Shown: in pieces, positions 20,181-31,753 of the stretch | Layout of the letters: every line of letters starts with the position of its first letter | Position numbering within the stretch: the stretch's first letter is position 1 | Assembly (NCBI GenBank): GCA_003280965.1 | Contig: QCDI01000005.1 | Coordinates: 60,131 to 124,130 of the forward strand | DNA length: 64,000 nt | Direction: 5' to 3' | Origin: Prochlorococcus sp. AG-355-B18 | Lineage (GTDB): Bacteria; Cyanobacteriota; Cyanobacteriia; PCC-6307; Cyanobiaceae | The notes under the pieces: generated by a model | Databases searched by the model: none | What the model was told of the DNA's origin: nothing | What the model saw: the letters and a program-made list of their open reading frames with translations, nothing else | Translations under genes and position numbers: made by a program

Positions 20181-22214
20181 GTGACTCATATCAATAAAGG
20201 TAAACCATTTCCTTTAGGAAGTTCTCTAACTTCACAAGGAGTTAATTTTTCCCTCATAGCCACAAGTGCAGAATATGTAGAAATCTTATTGTTTGAGAAA
20301 GAAGACTCTATTTTCCCAAAAACTATATTGAAATTAGATCAGAGCCATAATACAGGGCCCTACTGGCATGTGGAAATAAAAAATCTAAATGTAGGTTGTA
20401 TCTATGCTTTTAGAATAAAACAAAAAAATAATGAAATTAATAATAATTATGAAAAAAAAGTATTACTTGATCCATGCGCAAGGGGTATTACTGGATGGGG
20501 AAGTTATGAAAGAAAAAATGCATTAAAAACTCAAGAGAATACTAATTCTTGTCTTAAAAGCGTTGTTTGCGATAGAAAATTATTTAATTTTAAGGATTAT
20601 CCAAGACCGAAACATTCTTGGGAAGAAACAATTATTTATGAACTCCATATCAAATCCTTCACTGAATCAACTGATAAAAATGAAAGTTGTTGCAAGAAAT
20701 TTTTAAAAAAAATACCGTATCTCAAAGAACTTGGTATTACAACAATTGAATTACTTCCAATTTTTTGTTTTGATCCAACTGATGCACCAAATGGTTTAGA
20801 GAATTTTTGGGGTTATAGTCCAATCAATTGGTTTACCCCTCATTTTGAATATCTTACGAATGAGTCCGCCGAAAAGAATAGAGAGGAATTTAGAAGATTA
20901 GTAGAGGAATGTCATAAAGCAGATATTGAAGTCATCTTAGATGTTGTATACAATCACACATCTGAGGGAGATTCTCAAGGTCCTGCAATATCATGGAAAG
21001 GTATAGATGAAAATCTTTATTACTTTATAGGAAAAGATAAAAATTATCAGGACGTCTCTGGGTGCGGTAATACTATTGCAGCAAACAGAGGACTAGTGAG
21101 AAAACTAATAATTGAATCATTAAAATGTTGGGCGAGTGAATTTGGAGTAGATGGATTTAGATTTGATTTAGGAATTGCCCTATCAAGAGGAGAAAATCTT
21201 TCGCCACTCGAAAATCCTCCAATCTTTGAAGATATTGAATGTGAACCAGAACTTATCGATATCAAATTTATAAGTGAACCATGGGATTGTGGTGGTTTAT
21301 ATAAATTAGGTGATTTCCCATCTAAGAATACTTTCACTTGGAATGGTCATTTTAGAGATGACTTGCGGAGATTTTGGAAGGGGGATAAAGATACAGCTTG
21401 GAATATGAGCGATAAAATAAAAGGTTCTCCATCGATTTATAAAGAAGATAATATTTTCCCAAAATCAATAAATTTTATTACTTCACATGATGGATTTACT
21501 CTTAAAGATTTAGTAACTTTCAATAGAAAACATAATTTTGCCAATAGAGAACAAAATAGAGATGGTGATAACCATAACAATTCTTGGAATCATGGTATAG
21601 AGGGACCAACAACAAACTTATTAATCAATGATTTAAGAAAAAGACAACAAAAAAATCTTATTCTTAGTTTACTTATCTCTAAAGGTGTTCCAATGATACT
21701 TATGGGCGATGAGATAGGAAGGTCACAAGGCGGTAACAATAATTCTTGGTGCCAAAATAATTTATTGGGCTGGATGAATTGGGAACATGGTCAACAAGAT
21801 TTGGAATTATTAGAATATTTTAAATACGTTATAAAAATACGCAAAAAATTAATAAACATTTTTAATCCATCATCCTTCCTTAACAAACAAACCAATGAAA
21901 ATATCCCAAAATATCATTGGCATGGAACAAAATTAGATAGCCCCGATTGGAGTAGTTGGTCTCACACAGTTGCCTTTAGCATTAACAAAGGAAATACTAA
22001 CCCCCTGGTATGGATTGGTTTTAATGCATATTCAAAAAGTATCGATTTCCACTTGCCGAAATGTAAATATAATTGGTTAAAAGTTATTGACACCAACATG
22101 CTTGGGATTTTTGAACCCTTAACTATTAATGAAAAAACTGTATCAATAAAGAGTAGAAGCTCTTTATTAATCATTTCAGAAGAAGTATTTGGGGCAAAAA
22201 ATAATATATTCTAA
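20181..22214 (+). CDS. glgX: Glycogen debranching enzyme/isoamylase (GH13)
   Basis: NFWGY, DVVYNHT, DGFRFDL, SEPWD, FITSHDGF. Confidence 0.93.
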   Translation: MTHINKGKPFPLGSSLTSQGVNFSLIATSAEYVEILLFEKEDSIFPKTILKLDQSHNTGPYWHVEIKNLNVGCIYAFRIKQKNNEINNNYEKKVLLDPCARGITGWGSYERKNALKTQENTNSCLKSVVCDRKLFNFKDYPRPKHSWEETIIYELHIKSFTESTDKNESCCKKFLKKIPYLKELGITTIELLPIFCFDPTDAPNGLENFWGYSPINWFTPHFEYLTNESAEKNREEFRRLVEECHKADIEVILDVVYNHTSEGDSQGPAISWKGIDENLYYFIGKDKNYQDVSGCGNTIAANRGLVRKLIIESLKCWASEFGVDGFRFDLGIALSRGENLSPLENPPIFEDIECEPELIDIKFISEPWDCGGLYKLGDFPSKNTFTWNGHFRDDLRRFWKGDKDTAWNMSDKIKGSPSIYKEDNIFPKSINFITSHDGFTLKDLVTFNRKHNFANREQNRDGDNHNNSWNHGIEGPTTNLLINDLRKRQQKNLILSLLISKGVPMILMGDEIGRSQGGNNNSWCQNNLLGWMNWEHGQQDLELLEYFKYVIKIRKKLINIFNPSSFLNKQTNENIPKYHWHGTKLDSPDWSSWSHTVAFSINKGNTNPLVWIGFNAYSKSIDFHLPKCKYNWLKVIDTNMLGIFEPLTINEKTVSIKSRSSLLIISEEVFGAKNNIF

Positions 22215-22215
22215 A

Positions 22216-22286
22216 AGCGGGCGGCGGGAATCGAACCCGCATCTTCAGCTTGGAAGGCTGAGGTTTTACCACTAAACCACGCCCGC
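22216..22286 (-). tRNA. tRNA-Gly(TCC), CCA not encoded
   Basis: Minus strand GCGGGCGTGGTTTAGTGG...TCAGC-CTTCCAA-GCTGA...GGTTCGATTCC...CGCCCGCT. Confidence 0.97.
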
Positions 22287-22347
22287 ATTAAGTAATAGAA
22301 TTACCATTGCAATAATACATTATCAAACAATCAACAAAGTAAAAAGA

Positions 22348-23745
22348 TTGGAAAATTCACACTCGAAAAAAAATATTTCTAGATCAACAACAAGATTAAT
22401 GTTCTCTTATGGGCTGGGAGATGCAGGCACAGGTTTAGTCGCAACGCAATTTGGTTTTTTTCTTTTCAAATTCTTTATTTCTGCTGGTTTACCAGTAATA
22501 ATTGCAGGTTCATTATTAATGTTAATCAAGATATGGGATGCAGTTAATGATCCGTTAATTGGATGGTTAAGTGATCGTACCAAATCAAAATGGGGGCCTA
22601 GAATCCCTTGGATGGTAGCAGCATCTGTTCCTCTTGGTTTCTCTTTAGCTGCGATATGGTGGACACCAACTGGTTCCGTGCTAAGCAAGACTATTTACTA
22701 TGCCATAATTTCTATAGTCGTAATGACTGCTTATACAAGTATTAACCTTCCTTTTGCAGCTCTATCTACGGAAATTTCTGAAAAAACAGTAATAAGAACA
22801 AGATTAAACGCATCTAGATTTACTGGCTCAATAATTGCAGGACTAACTGGTTTAATCATCGCTGGGGTTGTATTAGGTTCTGAAGAATCAGCAAGTAATG
22901 AATATTTTTTAATGGGTAAAATAAGTGGATGTATAGCAGTTGCTGCAACATTAATTTCTTGTTGGGGTTTGGCTCCATTCGCGAAAAAAGCAAGAAGGCC
23001 TTCAGGAAAAGTTGAAGCTATAACATTACAATTCAAAAGGATTTTCAGAAATAAAAAATTTCTAAAAGTTATTACGCTTTATATTCTTCTCTGGTGCGCC
23101 TTACAATTGATGCAAACGGTAGCTTTAATCTATGTAGAGGATGTACTGAATGTACCAACATATATTGCGAAGTGGATTCCGATACCTTTCCAAATAAGCG
23201 CTTTAGTGGGTTTACAAATATGGACCAGAGTATCAAATAAATTGAATAGGATTTCAGCTTTAAACTATGGAGCGATTATGTGGATTATTTCATGTACGGC
23301 CGCTTTATTTTTACCTTCATTATCGATAATTTCAGGAGTTGGGGATAGTCTATTCCTAAATCCCGGAAACATATTTCTGTTCATTCTTTTAATTTTCATA
23401 ATCTGTCTTATTGGTATTGGAGCTTCAACCGCTTTTCTTATCCCTTGGTCACTACTTCCTGATGCAATAGACGAAGATCCAGAGAAACCAGCAGGATTAT
23501 ATACTGCTTGGATGGTATTTATACAGAAGATTGGAATCGCCATTAGTGTTCAATTATTAGGATTTTTGCTTTATTTATCTGGTTATCAATCATGCTTTGT
23601 TGATAAAGATAGTCTAAATATTATTGAACAATGCTACTCAGCACAATTGACCATTAGATTATGTATTGGTTTTATACCCTCAATATTAGTAATTATCGGT
23701 CTTTTAATCATGAGAAAATGGGATCAAAAATTAATTACAAACTAA
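22348..23745 (+). CDS. GPH-family (MelB-like) MFS sugar:cation symporter
   Basis: YGLGDAG, WDAVNDPLIG.LSDRT..WGPR, about 12 TMs. Confidence 0.88.
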   Translation: MENSHSKKNISRSTTRLMFSYGLGDAGTGLVATQFGFFLFKFFISAGLPVIIAGSLLMLIKIWDAVNDPLIGWLSDRTKSKWGPRIPWMVAASVPLGFSLAAIWWTPTGSVLSKTIYYAIISIVVMTAYTSINLPFAALSTEISEKTVIRTRLNASRFTGSIIAGLTGLIIAGVVLGSEESASNEYFLMGKISGCIAVAATLISCWGLAPFAKKARRPSGKVEAITLQFKRIFRNKKFLKVITLYILLWCALQLMQTVALIYVEDVLNVPTYIAKWIPIPFQISALVGLQIWTRVSNKLNRISALNYGAIMWIISCTAALFLPSLSIISGVGDSLFLNPGNIFLFILLIFIICLIGIGASTAFLIPWSLLPDAIDEDPEKPAGLYTAWMVFIQKIGIAISVQLLGFLLYLSGYQSCFVDKDSLNIIEQCYSAQLTIRLCIGFIPSILVIIGLLIMRKWDQKLITN

Positions 23746-23754
23746 TATAAAAAT

Positions 23755-24510
23755 ATGTATTACCCTAATTTTCTTAAAAGACTTCTAAGCAGCTTAATCA
23801 TTGGCGGGCAAGCAATTAATTTTATCTTTAGAGGTAAAATTTCCAAAAATGATCTCTTTGACCAACTTATGGAGTCAGGTCCTGGAAGTTTGTTAATTGT
23901 ATTAATTACAGGAATTGCTGCTGGCACAGTTTTTAATATTCAAGTTGCATCACAACTTACAAGTATGGGGGTTTCAAGTGAAATTGGAGGTTTATTAGCA
24001 GTAGGCATGGCGAGAGAAATGGCTCCTCTTCTAACTGCTACTTTAATGACTGGAAAGGTTGCCACTGCATATGCTGCTCAACTTGGTACTATGAAAGTTA
24101 CAGAACAAATTGAAGCAATAACCATGTTAAGGACCCAACCAGTCCAATATTTGGTAGTCCCAAGATTACTTTCGATGGTAATAATGTCTCCAATACAATG
24201 TCTTTTGTTTTTATCTGTAGCTTTATGGAGTGGACAAATTTGGAGCACAATTTTTTATAAAGTTCCTCCAGTAGTTTTTTGGACATCTGTAAGATCAGGT
24301 AATGTGAGTTTAACCAGTACAGACTTAACTTCAATGTTAGTAAAATCTGTAGTCTTCGGATTACTTATTGCAATGATTGCTTGTGGATATGGACTCACCA
24401 CACAAGGTGGTCCAAAAGAAGTTGGAACAAGTACAACAGGTGCAGTTGTAATGACTCTCGTTACTGTATCTTTAATGGATGTATTACTAACACAAATTTT
24501 ATTTGGATAA
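23755..24510 (+). CDS. mlaE: MlaE-family lipid ABC permease
   Basis: REMAP, AQLGTMKVTEQIEA, GG..EVG.STT.AVV. Confidence 0.9.
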   Translation: MYYPNFLKRLLSSLIIGGQAINFIFRGKISKNDLFDQLMESGPGSLLIVLITGIAAGTVFNIQVASQLTSMGVSSEIGGLLAVGMAREMAPLLTATLMTGKVATAYAAQLGTMKVTEQIEAITMLRTQPVQYLVVPRLLSMVIMSPIQCLLFLSVALWSGQIWSTIFYKVPPVVFWTSVRSGNVSLTSTDLTSMLVKSVVFGLLIAMIACGYGLTTQGGPKEVGTSTTGAVVMTLVTVSLMDVLLTQILFG

Positions 24511-24919
24511 TTCTATGTTCAACACTAAATCAAAAAAAGAAGACCCAGTCATAATATCACCATCATTTCAGTTACCAATAATTCTTATAGTTTTAAGTTT
24601 TATGCTTCTATTTTTAAATATTGGTTCTTTGCCAACAATTGTTTTTGCTTCTTTTAGCTTTTTTTTATTACTTCAGTCATTTACCTTAAGAATAAAAATA
24701 ACAAATGATGATTTTATCGTTTTACAATTAGGAAAAGAGATTAGAACCTTTCCATTTAAGAACTGGATATCATGGAAATTCTTTTTCCCTATAATCCCAG
24801 GTATTTTTTATTTCAGAGAAACGTCTAGTCCTCATTTATTACCAATATTATTTAATCCCAAACAATTAAAAGATGAGCTCATAAAAAAAGTTGACTCCCT
24901 AGAAATTAAAAATTCCTAA
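24503..24919 (+). CDS. DUF3119-like membrane protein (start likely ATG 24515)
   Basis: Two TMs, FYFRE..SPHLLPILF. Confidence 0.75.
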   Translation: MDNSMFNTKSKKEDPVIISPSFQLPIILIVLSFMLLFLNIGSLPTIVFASFSFFLLLQSFTLRIKITNDDFIVLQLGKEIRTFPFKNWISWKFFFPIIPGIFYFRETSSPHLLPILFNPKQLKDELIKKVDSLEIKNS

Positions 24920-24954
24920 AATTCAGTATTTGCTTAATCATCAAAATTATTTAA

Positions 24955-25965
24955 ATGGCCAATAAAGAAATTTCTAACAATAATCCTGAGAAGGAATTAA
25001 TAACAGACAAGTCAATTTCAGATGATAAAACCAAACAAATTAATAAAAAAAATACAACACAAAATAAAAAAATTTCAACAAAAAATTACAAAACAACAAA
25101 ATCTTTTGATGAAATTTCTAATGAAATTTTTAGAGATCTCTTTTCAAAAAAAGACTCTTTAGTTAAAGAAATAAAAGAGTTAGAAACTAAAAAAGAAGAA
25201 TTAGAAAAAGATATTGATTTAAATTTTAAAGGACAGTCAGATAATATTGCTAAAAGAGTTAAAGGCTTTCAAGAGTATTTAACTGGAGCTTTACAGAATC
25301 TTTCACAAAACGTAGAGAAACTTGAATTAGTTTCTCAACCAATAATCGTAAAGCCATCTCCCCTTGATGAGAAAAAGCAAAACGATAGCACTAATAATGT
25401 GGTTAATGTACCTGCTCTTTCTGAAACATTTAAGCCAGATCAAGAGATTATAAAAAGTTTGTTTTCAAGTTTCAAAGAACAACCTGATTTTTATGCTGAA
25501 CCTTGGAAATTAAGACGAAGTCTTGATTCATCAGATATAGAAATTATGGATGAATGGTTCTTTAATATGGGCGGCAGAGGTTCTCTTGAAAGTAGAGGAT
25601 CTCGACAAAAAAATGCCTTGTTATCAGCGGGTTTAATATCTATTCTTGGCGAATTATATGGAGATCAGTTTCAGACTCTTATTTTAGCTTCCCAGCCTGA
25701 ACGATTAGGGGAATGGAGAAGAATTCTACAAGATTCACTAGGTCTTACAAGGGATGACTTTGGACCTAATAGTGGGATTGTTCTTTTTGAAAGGCCTGAA
25801 GGTGTCATCGAAAGAGCTGACAGATTAGAAGCCAATGAAGAATTACCATTTATTATCATTGATGCAGCTGAAACCACTGTTGAAATTCCAATACTTCAAT
25901 TTCCATTATGGGTTGCATTTGCTGGTTCAGATAATGAAATTTACGATGATCTTGAACTAAACTAA
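24955..25965 (+). CDS. DUF3086-like coiled-coil protein
   Basis: [24 protein letters not shown]; mlaE-DUF3119-DUF3086-plsY context. Confidence 0.75.
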   Translation: MANKEISNNNPEKELITDKSISDDKTKQINKKNTTQNKKISTKNYKTTKSFDEISNEIFRDLFSKKDSLVKEIKELETKKEELEKDIDLNFKGQSDNIAKRVKGFQEYLTGALQNLSQNVEKLELVSQPIIVKPSPLDEKKQNDSTNNVVNVPALSETFKPDQEIIKSLFSSFKEQPDFYAEPWKLRRSLDSSDIEIMDEWFFNMGGRGSLESRGSRQKNALLSAGLISILGELYGDQFQTLILASQPERLGEWRRILQDSLGLTRDDFGPNSGIVLFERPEGVIERADRLEANEELPFIIIDAAETTVEIPILQFPLWVAFAGSDNEIYDDLELN

Positions 25966-25970
25966 GGTTT

Positions 25971-26564
25971 ATGAATATCTTAATAATTTTTACAAGTTAT
26001 CTTTTAGGATCACTTCCGACAGGTTTTTTAATTGGAAAATATCTCAAAAATATAGATCTAAGAACTATGGGTTCTGGATCTACAGGTGCCACAAATGTCT
26101 TAAGAAATGTTGGGAAATGGCCAGCACTTTTTGTGTTTATCATTGACGTTGGGAAAGGCCTTATTGCAGTAAAAATTGCTCAACATTATACAGATCAAGG
26201 ATTAATAGAGGTAATAGCAGGGATATCCGCTATCTCAGGACATATTTGGCCAATATGGCTTAGAGGTAAAGGAGGGAAAGCTGTTGCTACTGGATTAGGT
26301 ATGTTTTTAGCTCTTTCTTGGAAAGTTGGACTCGCATCTCTTGGCATTTTTTTAATAGTTCTAACAAAAACTAAATTTGTTTCTTTATCCAGTATTTCAG
26401 CTGCAATCTTACTTCCTATTTTTATGTTTTTTTATCTAGGTAAATTTATGCACTCATACTTTTTTATAAGTTTAATTGTTGCATTATTAGTAATCTGGAA
26501 ACATAGAACAAACATAACGAGATTGCTTAAGGGAGAAGAATCCAAAATTAATCAGAATCAATAG
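25971..26564 (+). CDS. plsY: Glycerol-3-phosphate acyltransferase
   Basis: YLLGS.P, GS..GATN, GH.WP, GGKAVAT, HRTNI.RL. Confidence 0.96.
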   Translation: MNILIIFTSYLLGSLPTGFLIGKYLKNIDLRTMGSGSTGATNVLRNVGKWPALFVFIIDVGKGLIAVKIAQHYTDQGLIEVIAGISAISGHIWPIWLRGKGGKAVATGLGMFLALSWKVGLASLGIFLIVLTKTKFVSLSSISAAILLPIFMFFYLGKFMHSYFFISLIVALLVIWKHRTNITRLLKGEESKINQNQ

Positions 26565-27279
26565 ATTTAAATATTTCTATTAGAGCTTTATTAGGATCTA
26601 TAGCTTTTGAAATTGATCTGCCAATAACTAACTTAGAAGCGCCACTATCTATAGCTTCATAGGGAGTCATAATTCTATTTTGATCATCTTTATTGTCAAC
26701 ATTTAATCTGATACCTGGTGTAATAAGTTCAAAATTATGCTTATAAATAGATCTCAACATTTTTACCTCCCAAGGGGAACAAACACATCCATCTAATCCG
26801 GCATCAAAAGATAACTTTGCAAGTCTCAATACATTTTCTTCAATTGAATTATTTCTATCAAGATCAGTCTGAAAATCTATAAGAGAAAAGCTTGTTAAAA
26901 CAGTTATTCCTATAACCAATGGAGGTTTTACACTGACTGAGGTGGCTCCTTCTAAAGATGCTTTTTTCGAATCCTTAAGAGCTTTTAAACCTGCTGAAGC
27001 ATGAATAGAAATTATATCAACCCCTAATTTTGAAACTTGGAAACATGCTGCTCGCATGGTATTTGGAATATCATGAAATTTTAAGTCTAAAAAAATTTTT
27101 TTATTTAAACCTTGTAATATTTCAATAACCCTCGGACCTTCCCTAACAAAAAGTTCTAAACCAACTTTCACCCACTTAATATTAGGACATTTTTCCAAAA
27201 GTAATTTTGCTTGACTTACATCTAATCCATCAATTGCCAATATTATTTTATCCTCCGAATTAAATCTGTTATTCATCAA
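26548..27279 (-). CDS. pyrF: Orotidine-5'-phosphate decarboxylase
   Basis: [21 protein letters not shown]. Confidence 0.97.
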   Translation of the reverse strand: MMNNRFNSEDKIILAIDGLDVSQAKLLLEKCPNIKWVKVGLELFVREGPRVIEILQGLNKKIFLDLKFHDIPNTMRAACFQVSKLGVDIISIHASAGLKALKDSKKASLEGATSVSVKPPLVIGITVLTSFSLIDFQTDLDRNNSIEENVLRLAKLSFDAGLDGCVCSPWEVKMLRSIYKHNFELITPGIRLNVDNKDDQNRIMTPYEAIDSGASKLVIGRSISKAIDPNKALIEIFKSIDSD

Positions 27280-27282
27280 TTT

Positions 27283-28521
27283 TCAGTTTTCAAACCTCTT
27301 AATTATTTTTTTTCCAATTTGCAAAATTTTTCCTTCCAAATCATTCTTTGAATTAAAAACTAAATCAGGATTTATTACTTTCTGACTATCAATTTTTACA
27401 CCCCCACCTTTAATAGATCTTTTGGATTCGCTGCTAGATTTGAAAAGTTTTAGAGCACTTAATAAGTAGAAAAACTTTACAGGAAAAACTACTTCTTTTA
27501 AAGAAATCTCTGGAATTTCTCCAACTTTTTCTTTTTGTCCAAGGAATAATTTTTCGCAGTTTGATTGCGCCTTTAATGCTTCTTGGGCCCCATGGAATAA
27601 AGTAGTAACTTCTAAAGCCATTCTTCTCTGTAATTCACGAGGATTTGAGTTTTCCAGAAAATTTAAATCTAATTCAGTAAGTAATTCAAAATAGGTGGGT
27701 ACTATATTATCGGGTACTTTTTCTAATTTTGAATACATTGAAAGAGGATCTTCAGTTAAACCGACGGTGTTAAATTCAGATTTACTCATCTTCTTAATTC
27801 CGTCTAAACCTGTCAAAATTGGCAGCAGAACACCAAATTGAGGTTCTTGTTTAAAATGCCTTTGAAGGTCTCTTCCTATTGCAATATTAAATTTCTGATC
27901 TGTGCCTCCAAGCTCAATATCTGATTGAACAATTACCGAATCGTAACCTTGTAATAGTGGATATAAGAATTCATGCAAAGCAATTGGGACTTGCGAAGTG
28001 TACCTTTTATTAAATTCCTCCTTAGCTAGCATTTGACTAACTGTTGCACTCCCCATTAATTCAATTATCGAATTAAGATTTAATCCTTTTAACCATTCAC
28101 TGTTATATCTAATTTCTATCCTATCTTTTGAATCAAAATCTAAAATAGATTCATTGGCTGGCTTTCCCATCCCTAGTTGGGTTAAATATGTTTTTGCATT
28201 ATCCTTAACTTGTTTTTCCGATAACTGAACTCTTGTTTTGTTTTTTCCCGTTGGATCTCCAATTTGAGCAGTAAAATCCCCAATAATTAAAACTGCAACA
28301 TGTCCATTATCTTGGAATGCCCTAAGTTTTTTAAACAATATGCTATGCCCAAGATGAATATCGGTTCCAGTTGGATCGATGCCGAGTTTAACCCTTAATT
28401 TTTTATTATTTTTTTTCGCATGATCAATTATCTCCGAAAAGGTTTGATCTGTTCCCTTAATTGGAAAATATTCTTCTATTCCTCTTGACAGCCATGATGG
28501 CAATTTTAAATTATCTGTCAT
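27283..28521 (-). CDS. tyrS: Tyrosyl-tRNA synthetase
   Basis: HLGH, KMSKS, GGTDQ, C-terminal S4-like domain. Confidence 0.97.
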   Translation of the reverse strand: MTDNLKLPSWLSRGIEEYFPIKGTDQTFSEIIDHAKKNNKKLRVKLGIDPTGTDIHLGHSILFKKLRAFQDNGHVAVLIIGDFTAQIGDPTGKNKTRVQLSEKQVKDNAKTYLTQLGMGKPANESILDFDSKDRIEIRYNSEWLKGLNLNSIIELMGSATVSQMLAKEEFNKRYTSQVPIALHEFLYPLLQGYDSVIVQSDIELGGTDQKFNIAIGRDLQRHFKQEPQFGVLLPILTGLDGIKKMSKSEFNTVGLTEDPLSMYSKLEKVPDNIVPTYFELLTELDLNFLENSNPRELQRRMALEVTTLFHGAQEALKAQSNCEKLFLGQKEKVGEIPEISLKEVVFPVKFFYLLSALKLFKSSSESKRSIKGGGVKIDSQKVINPDLVFNSKNDLEGKILQIGKKIIKRFEN

Positions 28522-28540
28522 ATGGCTTTAACCGTTAATT

Positions 28541-28864
28541 TTAAGAAGTTTTATCAAGTTCATCCTTCATTCTTAATAAAGTTTTATTCATTTGATCAAA
28601 CATTTGATCAGGAGTAATCCCAAATTGACTTAACTGTGTCTTTAATTGTTCTACTGTCATTTTTGCTTGAAAATCTTCAGACAATTCAAATCTCTTCATA
28701 AAAACCTTATAACGATCCATAAGTGATTCCATTTTTTTTATAAACATTTTTTTCCCTTCTCTATCAAATTTTCCATAATCAGAGCCAAGTTTCATAAGTT
28801 CTTGGTAATCTGTAAAAAGCTTTTTAGCTTCTTCTTGAACGATGTCTGACTCAAAGAATCCCAT
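28541..28864 (-). CDS. DUF1825-like conserved cyanobacterial protein (ATG start chosen over upstream TTG at 28897)
   Basis: MGFFESDIVQEEAK...RFELSEDFQAK. Confidence 0.8.
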   Translation of the reverse strand: MGFFESDIVQEEAKKLFTDYQELMKLGSDYGKFDREGKKMFIKKMESLMDRYKVFMKRFELSEDFQAKMTVEQLKTQLSQFGITPDQMFDQMNKTLLRMKDELDKTS

Positions 28865-29014
28865 TTCTATTTTTTTACTTCGCAGATTAAGCCTCAATTA
28901 CAAGATAACAAGAATCTTTTAAATTGATTAGAAGATTAATAAATTTTAGTTTATAAATAATTCTTTGATTTATATTTTTTCAGAACTAAATTTAGTAGAC
29001 ATGTTTCATAAATA

Positions 29015-29626
29015 TTGGAAAAATTTAACGTAAATAATATTTCAAACCAAAATAGACAATTTGAATTATTTGGTTCAAATGTAAATACATCAATTAAATT
29101 TCAACACTCAAATAATCTAAAAATCAAAGGCGAAATCCTAACTGAATGGAGAGATAGAATATATAATCACCAATTCAAAATTTCAAAAGATACTCACAAC
29201 AAAACTTTGCACCAAACAAGTCTTCCTATAAATGCAGTTTCCAATGAAAGAAAAATTGATCCGTTTTCCTTGCAGCCATTATCATTGAACTTTTGGAGAA
29301 CCAATCAATATATACACAATGGGCCAGCAATGTATTTTGTAATTGACTCGATGAAGAGTTCAAAAATAATCCTTTATATAGGAGAAACAAATTCAGCAAA
29401 TAAAAGATGGAAGGGAGAACATGATTGTAAAAATTACCTCATGAACTATAAAGAAGCCCTAGCTCATAACAAACTCTCAAGTCACCAAGATATTCGTTTC
29501 TTCTTAGATGTACCTAAAGAAGTAAAATTAAGACGTAAATTAGAACAGCAACTGATATATTTATGGTTACCACCTTTTAATAAAGAAACTCGAGATAGGT
29601 GGGCAACTACTTTCACAAACAACTAA
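29015..29626 (+). CDS. GIY-YIG-family nuclease-like protein
   Basis: AMYFV...LYIGET...KRW..H, later E and PPFN. Confidence 0.75.
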   Translation: MEKFNVNNISNQNRQFELFGSNVNTSIKFQHSNNLKIKGEILTEWRDRIYNHQFKISKDTHNKTLHQTSLPINAVSNERKIDPFSLQPLSLNFWRTNQYIHNGPAMYFVIDSMKSSKIILYIGETNSANKRWKGEHDCKNYLMNYKEALAHNKLSSHQDIRFFLDVPKEVKLRRKLEQQLIYLWLPPFNKETRDRWATTFTNN

Positions 29627-29650
29627 AAGTTAATTAAATCCATTTAACAA

Positions 29651-31123
29651 ATGCAATTTTCCACATTCCAAAAAAATCTAGATAACTGGCAAGGTGCTTC
29701 ATTAATTTTTGGAGTTTTAGAGGAAGAAATTTCAAGCCAACTTGAAAACATAAAATTTGTTATTGACCCAAAATTATTACTAAAAAAAGTTACTCAAAAA
29801 AAATTTAAAGGAGAAAAAGGAAAAACTTTAAGCTTTGAATTTTTAGATCAAAAATTAGAAACTTTAATCATAGTTGGTCTTGGCAAATCGAAGGACCTAA
29901 ATAAAAGTGATATAGAAAACTCTATAGGAAATCTAGTTAGGAAAACAGTTGATAAAAATGAAAAAATCAGCATCTTACTACCTTGGGAATTTATAAATTC
30001 ACAACTAGAAATAAATCAATTAGCAGAGTCAGCCAGATTATCTGCCTATAAGGACAATAGATTTAATAAGAAAAGAGATGAAAAGAAAGTTCTTAAAGAA
30101 ATAGAGTTTTTAAATTTAAATGAATTTGAGAATATTAGCTTTGAAGAGACATCACAAATATGTGAAGGTGTAGAACTAGCTAGAAGACTTGTAGCCGCCC
30201 CTCCAAATAGTCTTACTCCTCAGGAAATGTCTATACAAGCTTCTCAAATAGCTAAAGATCATGGTTTGGAAGTAAAAATTTTAGAGGCAAAAGATTGTGA
30301 AGATTTAGGAATGGGTGCATATTTAGCTGTAGCAAAAGGTTCTGATCTAGATCCTAAATTTATACATCTTACTTTAAAGTCAGAGGGGCCTATTAAAGAA
30401 AAGATTGCGCTTGTTGGGAAGGGTTTAACCTTTGACTCTGGAGGATACAATCTGAAAGTAGGAGCATCTCAAATTGAAATGATGAAATATGATATGGGCG
30501 GAAGCGCTGCAGTTTTAGGAGCAGCAAAAGCACTTGGAGCAATAAAACCAAAGGGATTAGAAATTCATTTTATTGTGGCATCTTGCGAAAACATGATAAA
30601 TGGATCTGCAGTACATCCTGGAGATGTAGTTAAGGCATCTAATGGTAAGACAATTGAAATAAATAACACTGATGCAGAGGGCAGACTAACATTAGCTGAT
30701 GCTTTAACTTACGCATCCAATTTAAACCCAGATTCAATAATAGATCTGGCCACTTTAACAGGGGCTATTGTTGTTGCATTAGGGAATGATGTAGCTGGAT
30801 TCTGGAGCAATAATGATGATCTAGCAAATGACCTAAAAGCTGCATCAGCCCAGGCTGGAGAAGAATTATGGCAAATGCCTTTACAAAAATCTTATAAAGA
30901 AGGGTTAAAGTCTCATATAGCTGACATGAAAAATACAGGTCCTAGAGCGGGTGGGTCAATAACTGCTGCTCTATTTTTAGAGGAATTCTTTGATTCAGAG
31001 ATAAAATGGGCTCATATTGATATTGCTGGGACTTGTTGGACTGATAAGAATAAAGGAATTAATCCATCAGGTGCAACCGGTTTTGGAGTTAAAACTCTTG
31101 TTCAATGGATTAAAAATAAATAA
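29651..31123 (+). CDS. pepA: Leucyl aminopeptidase (M17)
   Basis: [25 protein letters not shown]. Confidence 0.96.
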   Translation: MQFSTFQKNLDNWQGASLIFGVLEEEISSQLENIKFVIDPKLLLKKVTQKKFKGEKGKTLSFEFLDQKLETLIIVGLGKSKDLNKSDIENSIGNLVRKTVDKNEKISILLPWEFINSQLEINQLAESARLSAYKDNRFNKKRDEKKVLKEIEFLNLNEFENISFEETSQICEGVELARRLVAAPPNSLTPQEMSIQASQIAKDHGLEVKILEAKDCEDLGMGAYLAVAKGSDLDPKFIHLTLKSEGPIKEKIALVGKGLTFDSGGYNLKVGASQIEMMKYDMGGSAAVLGAAKALGAIKPKGLEIHFIVASCENMINGSAVHPGDVVKASNGKTIEINNTDAEGRLTLADALTYASNLNPDSIIDLATLTGAIVVALGNDVAGFWSNNDDLANDLKAASAQAGEELWQMPLQKSYKEGLKSHIADMKNTGPRAGGSITAALFLEEFFDSEIKWAHIDIAGTCWTDKNKGINPSGATGFGVKTLVQWIKNK

Positions 31124-31134
31124 CTATATTTACA

Positions 31135-31737
31135 TCATTCATTCCAAAGATTTGTTGATCTAGCATTATCACCCCATAATTTATCCAACCTCTGATCTCT
31201 CCCGCATGAGAATCTATAAAACTTATATTTTAATTCATTTCTCTCAGCAAAATCCTGATGATATTCTTCAGCCAACCAAAATTGACCTTTTGATTTTAGT
31301 TCTACAGATATTTTTTCTAATGGCACTCGCAATTCATTAGAGGCGGAAACAATTGCATTAATTGCATCACTTTCCTCAGTTTTATCTTTAAAAAATATCA
31401 CTGGCCTATAAGAATCTCCACGATCACAAAATTGACCCTTGCCGTCTAAAGGATCAATATTTCTGAAATAAAGCCTAAGTATCTCGGGTAAAGTTACCAA
31501 TTTGGAATCATAGTTTACCAAAACCACTTCCTGATGTCCTTCATGATTTTCGTAAGTAGGATTTTGCAAATCTCCACCTGAATAGCCACTTTCTACAAAA
31601 TTTATCCCCTTTAATGACTCTAAATCATGTTCTAAACACCAAAAACAACCTCCTGCAAGAATCAATTCCTCTGCAAAAGCGTTTACAGGGTTAACAAATA
31701 TTGAAAGAGCAACTATTAGAGATAAGAGGTATTTCAT
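31135..31737 (-). CDS. msrA: Peptide methionine sulfoxide reductase A with signal peptide
   Basis: AGGCFWC, GQFCDRG, AEEYHQ; N-terminal signal ending AFA. Confidence 0.95.
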   Translation of the reverse strand: MKYLLSLIVALSIFVNPVNAFAEELILAGGCFWCLEHDLESLKGINFVESGYSGGDLQNPTYENHEGHQEVVLVNYDSKLVTLPEILRLYFRNIDPLDGKGQFCDRGDSYRPVIFFKDKTEESDAINAIVSASNELRVPLEKISVELKSKGQFWLAEEYHQDFAERNELKYKFYRFSCGRDQRLDKLWGDNARSTNLWNE

Positions 31738-31753
31738 TTATTTATTATAAAGT

